NCBI GenBank assembly: GCA_040756235.1 | Contig: JBFLZG010000048.1 | Span: forward strand, 1-46,120 | Reading direction: 5' to 3' | Source: a bacterium | GTDB lineage: Bacteria; Desulfobacterota; DSWW01 | Length of the DNA: 46,120 nucleotides | Shown here: piece by piece, positions 39,294 to 46,120 of the stretch | Layout: each line of letters starts with the position of its first letter | Position numbering within the stretch: position 1 is the stretch's first letter | Position numbers and translations under genes: made by a program | Notes under the pieces: generated by a model | Seen by the model: only the letters and a program-made list of their open reading frames with translations | The model's database searches: none | What the model was told of the DNA's origin: nothing

Positions 39294-40280
39294 GTGAGAG
39301 CGAATGCCGACTACAGAGAAGTGCTCGACCGGATGCTGGGCGGAGACAAGCTGGCCCTGGCCAGGATGATCACCTACGTGGAGAACGACGCTCCCTTTGT
39401 CCCAAAGGTGCTGGAGGCCATCTACCCGAGGACCGGCAGGTGTTACTCCCTCGGGGTCACGGGCCCTCCCGGCGCAGGCAAGAGCACCCTGGTGGACAAG
39501 CTGATCCCGCGGATGCGCTCCGAGGGCAAGACGGTGGGCGTGGTCGCGGTCGACCCTTCGAGCCCCTTCACCGGCGGCGCCGTGCTGGGGGACCGGATCC
39601 GCATGCAGCGCCACGCGCTGGATGATGGCGTCTTCATCCGCAGTCTGGGGACCCGGGGCACCCATGGCGGGCTCTCCAGGGCCACCCGGGATGTCCTGAG
39701 GCTGCTCGACGCGTTCGGCCTGGACGTCGTGATCATCGAGACGGTGGGCGTCGGCCAGACCGAGCTCGACATCGTGGACGTCGCCGATACGACCATGGTC
39801 GTCCTCGTGCCGGAGTCCGGCGATACGATCCAGACCATGAAGGCGGGCCTGATGGAGATCGCGGAGATCTTCGTGGTGAACAAGGCGGACCGTCAGGGAG
39901 CCGACCGGATCCTGACGGAGCTGAAATCGATGGTGGAGTTGGGCGAGCGGCGGGATCCCGGCTGGAAGATACCGGTCCTGTTGTGTCAGGCCAATCGGGA
40001 CGAGGGGACGGACAAGCTCTACCAGACGATGTCCGAGCACCGGGCCTATCGGGCTGAAAAGGCGGGTCACAAGTCGGAGACCGGCGAGCATCGCCGCAAG
40101 GAGCTGATGGAAATCCTCTCCCACCGCTTCCTGAAGTCCGTGGAAGAGCTGGAGAGCGGGGACGAGGGATTCCGCAAGGTGTTGGCCCGGGGCGAGGAGG
40201 CCGACGCCAACCCGTACCAGGTCGCGAGCTCCATCTTGGGCGACGAGAAGCTCCTCCGGCAACTTCTCGGGCGAGCCTGA
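39294..40280 (+). CDS. meaB: Methylmalonyl-CoA mutase-associated GTPase
   Basis: GPPGAGKST, VDPSSPFTGGAVLGDRIRM, ETVGVGQ and VNKAD; start uncertain. Confidence 0.92.
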   Translation: MRANADYREVLDRMLGGDKLALARMITYVENDAPFVPKVLEAIYPRTGRCYSLGVTGPPGAGKSTLVDKLIPRMRSEGKTVGVVAVDPSSPFTGGAVLGDRIRMQRHALDDGVFIRSLGTRGTHGGLSRATRDVLRLLDAFGLDVVIIETVGVGQTELDIVDVADTTMVVLVPESGDTIQTMKAGLMEIAEIFVVNKADRQGADRILTELKSMVELGERRDPGWKIPVLLCQANRDEGTDKLYQTMSEHRAYRAEKAGHKSETGEHRRKELMEILSHRFLKSVEELESGDEGFRKVLARGEEADANPYQVASSILGDEKLLRQLLGRA

Positions 40281-40315
40281 GGCCGGCAAATCGTTTGCGG
40301 ATGGGAAGCCTTGAA

Positions 40316-40966
40316 ATGGAAACAACCGGCTTGGCCTATGCGGAAGTGCCCCAGGAGCGGATCGTACGGACTCTGCAGGCGCTCAAGAAGAACGAGTTCC
40401 TCGCTTTCTTTGCGCCTAGCGGAAAGGAGGCCGTGGATCTCGTCCTGCCTTCCGTCCGGGAAGGCTCCCGGGTCGGCCTGGGCGGATCCCAGACCCTGCG
40501 CGATCTCGCGCTGCCGGAAGCCGTGAAGGCCAAGGGGGCGCATCTGCTCGACCACTGGCAGGAGGGGCTGGGCTTTCAGGAGCTCATCGACGTGCGCAAG
40601 GGCCAGCTGGTCTGCGACGTTTTCCTGTCGAGCGTGAACGCAGTCACGGAAGAAGGCGAGCTCGTCAGCCGCGACGGCATCGGAAATCGTACCAGCGCCA
40701 TGACCTTCGGCCCCTCCAAAGTCTTCCTTCTCGTCGGCGTCCAGAAGATCGTTGAGGACCTCCACGCGGCCTTTCGCAGGGTGCGCGAGGTGGCGGCGCC
40801 CCTGCGCGCCAGGAGCCTGAACCTGGATCTGCCCTGCGCCAAGAACGGCGAATGCGTGGATTGCAGCAGCCCCAACCGGATCTGCAGGGCCACGCTCATC
40901 CTGCACCGGCGCCCGATGCTCACCGATATCACCGTGGTTCTCATCGGCCAGTCCATCGGGTACTGA
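40316..40966 (+). CDS. LUD domain (lactate utilisation-like) protein
   Basis: GLGGSQTL, FLSSVNAVTEEGELV, DGIGNR, GVQKIV and C-terminal PCAKNGECVDC..RIC. Confidence 0.85.
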   Translation: METTGLAYAEVPQERIVRTLQALKKNEFLAFFAPSGKEAVDLVLPSVREGSRVGLGGSQTLRDLALPEAVKAKGAHLLDHWQEGLGFQELIDVRKGQLVCDVFLSSVNAVTEEGELVSRDGIGNRTSAMTFGPSKVFLLVGVQKIVEDLHAAFRRVREVAAPLRARSLNLDLPCAKNGECVDCSSPNRICRATLILHRRPMLTDITVVLIGQSIGY

Positions 40967-40974
40967 CGCCCTCT

Positions 40975-41002
40975 GTAGGGGCGAATGACGATTCGCCCGT
41001 AC
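40975..41002. repeat. GTAG-type REP palindrome
   Basis: GTAGGGGCGAATGACGATTCGCCCGTAC. Confidence 0.7.
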
Positions 41003-41111
41003 ACGGCCCCGGAACCGGCCCTTGTTGACCAGCCCGTAAGGTCTGGCTCCATTGTCATTTCAGGGAACATTTGCTATTTTGATCATGGCCGAGGAAGTTG
41101 GAAGGCTGTAT

Positions 41112-41188
41112 GGCGGTGTAGCTCAGTTGGTCAGAGCATGCGGCTCATATCCGCAGTGTCCGGGGTTCAAATCCCTGCACCGCCACCA
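41112..41188 (+). tRNA. tRNA-Met (CAT), probably elongator
   Basis: GGCGGTGTAGCTCAGTTGGTCAGAGCATGCGGCTCATATCCGCA...GGTTCAAATCCCTGCACCGCCACCA; paired 1:72 and no GGG/CCC anticodon stem, so not the initiator. Confidence 0.92.
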
Positions 41189-41200
41189 AGTCGAAAGATG

Positions 41201-41228
41201 AAAAGATCGCCATGCGATCTTTTTTTTT
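41201..41228 (+). terminator. Intrinsic terminator after tRNA-Met
   Basis: AAAAGATCGC-CAT-GCGATCTTTT followed by a T-run. Confidence 0.75.
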
Positions 41229-41267
41229 CGCCCGAGGTTACGAAAGGCCGACGGGGGCGGCCGACGC

Positions 41268-42356
41268 ATGAGGATTCCGCCAGGCCGGCTGCGATTGCTG
41301 GAGGGTTGCATCCGGATCGACGCCTCCTACGGCGAAGGGGGAGGGCAGATCGTCCGCACCGCCTGCGCGCTCTCGGCGCTGACGGGGCTGGCGGTCCAGC
41401 TCTCCCAGATCCGCGCCCATCGCAGGCAGCCCGGCCTGCGCCCCCAGCACTGCGCCGCCGTGCGCGGCCTGGCGCAGCTCTGCGGGGCGACGGCGACTCC
41501 GCTCAAGCCGGGCCTGGCGGAGCTGACCTTCACGCCCGGGACCCTGCAGGGCAAAGAGCTTTCCCTGGACACAGGCACCGCCGGATCGGTCGGCCTCGTT
41601 CTCCAGGGGCTCCTGCTCGCAAGCCTGGGGCTCTCGGCGCCGACCCGGTACCTGGTGCGCGGAGGGACCGACGTTCCTTTCGGACCGTCGAGCGACTACA
41701 TCCAGTCCGTGAAGCGCCGCATGCTGTCGAAAATGGGCTACCGGTTCGAGCTGCGCCTGATCCGCAGGGGATACTACCCGAAGGGCGGGGGCATCGTGGA
41801 GGCGACCGTGAAGCCGCCGGAGAGGTCGCTGCTCACGCCGCTTCACCTTCCTCCTCCTTCTGCTGCCGCAGCCTGCTGCGGGATTTCGTTCGCTTCCAAC
41901 GAGCTCGCCCCCAGGAGGGTTGCCGAAAGACAGCGCCGCTGGGCGGCGAAGAAGCTGACCGAGTACTTTCACGTCCCGGCGAAGATCTCCGACGACTACG
42001 GCGCCAGCCACTCGCCCGGATCCGGGCTGCTCGTCTGGCTGGAGGCCGGAGACTCGATCCTCGGTGCCTCCTCCCTGGGAAGGGCCGGCAAGGCGTCCGA
42101 GCAGGTGGCCGAGGAAGCCACCGAGCATCTCCTCAAGACCTACCACTCCCAGGCGTCGGTCGATCCCTGGCTCGGCGACCAGATTCTTCCGTATCTGGCC
42201 TTGAGCTCCGGGCCTTCGAAGATCAGCGTCCCTTACCTGACACGGCACATGCAGACGAACATGTGGCTGATCCGGAAGTTCCTGAACGTGCGCTTCGAGG
42301 TGGAGGACCAGGGATCGTTCGTGAGCGTCGGCTGCTTCCCCGAGGACGTGGGCTGA
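41268..42356 (+). CDS. rtcA: RNA 3'-terminal phosphate cyclase
   Basis: GEGGGQIVR, PGLRPQH, TAGS, GGTDV, GYYPKGGG, DQ and catalytic TRHMQTN; start uncertain. Confidence 0.93.
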   Translation: MRIPPGRLRLLEGCIRIDASYGEGGGQIVRTACALSALTGLAVQLSQIRAHRRQPGLRPQHCAAVRGLAQLCGATATPLKPGLAELTFTPGTLQGKELSLDTGTAGSVGLVLQGLLLASLGLSAPTRYLVRGGTDVPFGPSSDYIQSVKRRMLSKMGYRFELRLIRRGYYPKGGGIVEATVKPPERSLLTPLHLPPPSAAAACCGISFASNELAPRRVAERQRRWAAKKLTEYFHVPAKISDDYGASHSPGSGLLVWLEAGDSILGASSLGRAGKASEQVAEEATEHLLKTYHSQASVDPWLGDQILPYLALSSGPSKISVPYLTRHMQTNMWLIRKFLNVRFEVEDQGSFVSVGCFPEDVG

Positions 42357-42380
42357 CGTGCAGGAGTACGGGGCCTCTCT

Positions 42381-43863
42381 CATGAGCACCCGCGAGACTA
42401 CCCGGGCCTTGGCGCGGCTTTCTGCCTCTGCCGTGATGCGGCGGATGCGGTCCCTCGTTGCGGCGGCCGACGCGGACGGCCTCTATCTGGTGGGAGGCGC
42501 GCTGCGCGACGCCCTGCTGGGAAGGGCCGTCGCGGACTTCGACTTCGTGTACGGCGGAGACGTGAGCGCGCTGGCCGAACGCCTGGCCCGTGCCTGGCCC
42601 GCCCGGTTGGTGGCGCTCAACGAGCGCTGGGGGCTCATCCGGCTGGTGCCTCGTGCCGGTCCCGAGAAGGAGGCGCCGGCTGTCCTCGATTTCGCCCCTC
42701 TGCGCGGGGCCGACATCCGCGAGGATCTCCGGCAGAGGGATTTCACCGTGGATGCCATGGCCGTGCCGGTGACCGGGGGGGCCGGCGAGAAGTCGGGCGG
42801 GATCCTGGACCCCACGGGAGGGATGGCGGACCTGAGAGACAGAAACGTGCGGATGGTTCATCCGGATCGGCTGCGCGAGGATCCGGTGCGCTGCCTCCGA
42901 GCCTTCCGCATCGCCTGCTCGCTGGAAGGGGCGATCGACCCGGGCACGCTCGAAGGCATCCGCTCGGAGGGGCGGCGGGTACCAGCGGCCGCCCCGGAAC
43001 GGATTCGCGAGGAGCTCTGCAAGCTCCTGGCTTTCCCGTCGAGCCACGCTCAGCTTTCGAGCATGGGCGAGGCCGGGCTGCTCGGCAGTCTCTTTCCGGA
43101 GCTCGAGCCGTTGAAGGGCCTGGAGCAGGGGACGCACCATGGCCTGGACGCCTGGGACCATTCTCTGGAGGCCGTGCGCGCGCTGGAGAGCCTGATCCGG
43201 GACGGTCTGCGCGTCTTCGTTCCGTGGTCCTCGGAGCTGACGACATGGGTGGGAGAGGAGAAGGACCGTGTTTGCGTGTTGAAGCTGGCGGCCTTGCTCC
43301 ACGACGTGGGCAAACCCCTGACCGCGACCTCGAGCGGCAGCGGCCAGGTGCATTTTTACGGCCACGAGCGCAGGGGCGGGGAGATGGCGGCAGCGATCGG
43401 GACGCGGCTGCGCATGAGCCGGAAAGATCAGGAGGCGCTCGCCGCCTGGGTCGGGCACCACATGTGGCCCCTGCATCTCTACCGCGCGGCCTCCCTGGGC
43501 AAGCTTACCGACCGGGCCCGGGTGCGCTTCTTCCGGCGGCTGGGTGCCTCGGCCCCCGGATGCCTGCTTCTGGCCGCGGCCGACCAGGAGGCCAAAGGGG
43601 TGAAGGCCGCCGGCCAGGATGCGGGCGCCGAATCCTTTCGAGCGTTCGTCCGCTCGATGCTGGACCTGTTCTACGACCGGGACGCGGCCGCACTGCGGGT
43701 TCCTCCCTTCGTGACCGGCCGCGACCTCATGCAGGCTTTCGGGCTCCGGCCGGGGCCTCAGATCGGCCGTCTGCTCGAGGGCATTCATGAGGCGCGGGTG
43801 GCAGGAAAGGTCCGCAACCGGGAGGAAGCCCTGGCTCTTGCGGGCAGGCTCCTCGGGAGATAG
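42381..43863 (+). CDS. tRNA nucleotidyltransferase (CCA/poly(A) polymerase class II) with HD domain
   Basis: VGGALRD..DFDF, QRDFTVDAMA, DPTGG, EDPVRCLR, ERIREEL, LLHDVGK and FYGHE. Confidence 0.9.
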
Positions 43864-43880
43864 CGTATAATTTTTTTTTA

Positions 43881-43910
43881 TTGACTTCTCCGGCTTGCTC
43901 CTTGTAGCCT
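43881..43910 (+). promoter_or_regulatory. Putative sigma70 promoter for the 5'-nucleotidase gene
   Basis: TTGACT-18 nt-TAGCCT, preceded by an AT-rich tract. Confidence 0.4.
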
Positions 43911-43960
43911 GGTCCTGAGCATGTGCGATAGCGTGCTCGACCTCGATCCGGGAGGGAACC

Positions 43961-46081
43961 ATGAAGAGTCGCCGATTTCGTCTCAGGTTCCGAAGTTGGG
44001 TCTCCGTCCTTTTTCTCTCGTTCCTGGCATGCACGGCCTGGGTCCTGCCGAACCCGGTGCTTGCTGCAGGCGAGAAGGTCACCATCCTCCACACCAATGA
44101 CATGCACGCCCACCTGCTCGGCTTCGGCCCGGAGCGCGAGTACACGCCCCTGACCACGGGCGACGATCCCACCCGGGGAGGGATGGCCAGGATCGCCGGC
44201 AAGGTGAACGAGATCCGGCAGGCCAACGACGCCGAGGGGACCCCCACGCTTCTGGTCGATGGCGGGGACTTCACCATGGGGACGGCTTTCATGCTGCTGA
44301 GCGGCGAGCCGATCCTGTCCGTCATGGACGGCCTCGGCTACGATGCGCTCACCCTGGGGAACCACGAGTTCGATTGGACCCCTGACGGCACCGCCTCCAT
44401 CCTCTCCTACATCGGCTCTCTCGGCCTGAATCTGCCGGTCGTGGCCTCGAACCTGATCTTCGATCCTTCTGATCCGGGCGACGACCTCCTCGAGGGCATG
44501 TACGGAGCGGGCAACCTGATCCAGCCGTACTTCTTGAAATCCCTCTCGAACGGCATAGTGGTGGGCTTCTTCGGCCTCATCGGGGAGGCCGCCGTGAGCG
44601 TGGCTCCCCTGGCGTCTCCGGTGACGTTCGAGGACACGGTGACGGCCGCGCAGAACATGGTCGCCGCCCTGGTCGCTGAAGGGGCGGATCTCGTCGTGTG
44701 CCTGTCCCACTCGGGGATCGACGAGGACTCGGCCCTGGCGCAGGCCGTCCCGGGGATCGACGTCATCATCAGCGGCCATACCCACGAGAAGACGCCCGTG
44801 CCGGTGCTCGTGGAAAACACCGTGATCGTCCAGGCCGGGGACTACACCCGCAACCTGGGGCACCTCGACCTGGTCCGTTCGGACCTGGGGTGGGCCGCGG
44901 ACGGCTACCAGTTGCTGGACATCGACGACAGCATCCCGGGCGACGCCTCCATCCAGGCCGCGATCGACGGCTTCATCAGCAGAATCGACAGCACCGTGCT
45001 GGGGCCCATGGGCTACCCCATGGGGTTCGCCGGACCCGTGGCGGAAACGGAATTCAATCTGACCGCCCCGGCTGGACAGGAGAGCAACCTGGGCAATCTG
45101 GTCGCGGACGCCATGCGCTGGATGGTCAATCAATATGAAACGGCCGACCCCGTGGATTTTGCCCTCGAGTCCAACGGAGTCATTCGCGACGACATCCTGG
45201 CGGGCACGCCGCCATACGACAAGAACATCTCCTTGTCCGACGCCTTCCGGGCGGTGCCTCTGGGGGTGGGGCTGAACTTGGAGGTGGGTTACCCGATGGT
45301 CGCTTTTTACATGACCGGGTTCGAGGTCAAGAAAGCCCTCGAGCTGATCGTAATCGCCTATCCGATGATGGGGGGCGACTACTGGCTGAACGTGAGCGGG
45401 CTCCGATATGAGTACATCCCGAACGGTCTGCCGCTCCTGAGCGTCGTCAGGATCAAGGTCGGGGACGAGGCGAGCGGGTACGTGCCGCTCGTCACGAGCG
45501 CCATCTACAAGATCGCGCTCAACTACTATGTCGCGCAGTTCATTGCCGGGGTCCCGGCCCTCATCGACGACCTCGTCGGGGTCCCCGGGATCGGCAATCT
45601 CTTCCAGATCATTCCGAAGGACGCTTCGGGCAACAGCTATCTCGATCCCGCGTTCCACCCGGGCGGACTGGATGAGGCCCGGGTCGATATCGATCCGGAG
45701 ACGCCGGACATTCAGGAACTGCAGGAGTGGGAGGGGTTCCTGGCTTATCTGGCTACGTTCACCGACACCGATGCCGACTCGGTCCCCAACGTGCCGGACC
45801 TCTATTCCGGACCCACGGGAAGGATCGTGGCGATCGACTGCTTCGTGGCGACGGCTGCGTACGGGTCTGCCCTCGAGCCCAGGATCGGAGTCCTGCGCAG
45901 CTTCCGCGACCGGGTGCTCGAGAAGTCGGAGCCGGGCAGGGCGCTCGCGGCCGCCTATTACGAGTGGGGCAAGATGCCGGCCGCTTGGCTGAACGAGCAC
46001 GAATGGGCCCGGGCTGCGGTCCGGGTGCTCCTGTATCCCGCCGTCGGATTTGCGAAGGTCATGCTGTGGTTCGCTTCCTGA
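43961..46081 (+). CDS. Secreted bifunctional metallophosphatase/5'-nucleotidase with CFI-box-CTERM tail
   Basis: Signal peptide; HTNDMH, DGGD, GNHEFD, LSHSG, SGHTH and ESNLGNLVADA; C-terminal CFVATAAYGS..LRSFRD..YY. Confidence 0.92.
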   Translation: MKSRRFRLRFRSWVSVLFLSFLACTAWVLPNPVLAAGEKVTILHTNDMHAHLLGFGPEREYTPLTTGDDPTRGGMARIAGKVNEIRQANDAEGTPTLLVDGGDFTMGTAFMLLSGEPILSVMDGLGYDALTLGNHEFDWTPDGTASILSYIGSLGLNLPVVASNLIFDPSDPGDDLLEGMYGAGNLIQPYFLKSLSNGIVVGFFGLIGEAAVSVAPLASPVTFEDTVTAAQNMVAALVAEGADLVVCLSHSGIDEDSALAQAVPGIDVIISGHTHEKTPVPVLVENTVIVQAGDYTRNLGHLDLVRSDLGWAADGYQLLDIDDSIPGDASIQAAIDGFISRIDSTVLGPMGYPMGFAGPVAETEFNLTAPAGQESNLGNLVADAMRWMVNQYETADPVDFALESNGVIRDDILAGTPPYDKNISLSDAFRAVPLGVGLNLEVGYPMVAFYMTGFEVKKALELIVIAYPMMGGDYWLNVSGLRYEYIPNGLPLLSVVRIKVGDEASGYVPLVTSAIYKIALNYYVAQFIAGVPALIDDLVGVPGIGNLFQIIPKDASGNSYLDPAFHPGGLDEARVDIDPETPDIQELQEWEGFLAYLATFTDTDADSVPNVPDLYSGPTGRIVAIDCFVATAAYGSALEPRIGVLRSFRDRVLEKSEPGRALAAAYYEWGKMPAAWLNEHEWARAAVRVLLYPAVGFAKVMLWFAS

Positions 46082-46120
46082 CCTGAGAACCGGGGCCCGG
46101 CGGCATGCGGCTGCCGGGCC

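Noticed and set aside
43727..46000. 757 aa minus-strand ORF, and similar long antisense ORFs at 30398-32614, 11023-12729, 3374-5014, 42223-44325 and 21312-22838
   Set aside because: Shadow ORFs opposite well-supported genes, expected in high-GC DNA; no recognisable motifs.

Overview
GC-rich bacterial chromosome segment, most consistent with an anaerobic Deltaproteobacterium (Desulfobacterota-like; inferred from gene order, a Re-citrate synthase-like gene, a CFI-box-CTERM protein and HgdC/HGD-D genes). 1-8.7 kb is an accessory block downstream of tRNA-Glu: SCP2 protein, ATP-dependent activator, two 2-hydroxyacyl-CoA dehydratase-family subunits, a 4Fe-4S protein, decayed DUF35 and acyl-CoA dehydrogenase remnants, a sigma54 activator and DUF1161. 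Most of 9-46 kb is housekeeping: tRNA-Gln/Glu, amrB, yceD-rpmF-fabD-fabG-acpP-rpiB-dCMP deaminase-nrdR-ribD-ribE-ribH-nusB, purC, rimI, pyrK-pyrD, tRNA-Val, yebC-ruvCAB, meaB, tRNA-Met, rtcA, a tRNA nucleotidyltransferase and a 5'-nucleotidase, interrupted by a tRNA-Val islet (GNAT) and a treZ-like/debranching block. The most interesting signals are: (1) a ~120-185 bp intergenic long-hairpin repeat with 4 near-full copies and 2-3 remnants, nested inverted ends, compensatory base changes and a variable interior carrying hairpins resembling other repeat families; (2) a gamma-glutamylcyclotransferase fused to a putative COOH-NH2 (amido)ligase domain; (3) the SCP2-linked radical dehydratase module; (4) a degenerate tRNA-Val att-like fragment. 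No CRISPR array, rRNA, transposase or integrase was seen. All calls were made by eye from motifs; no database searches or folding programs were run.
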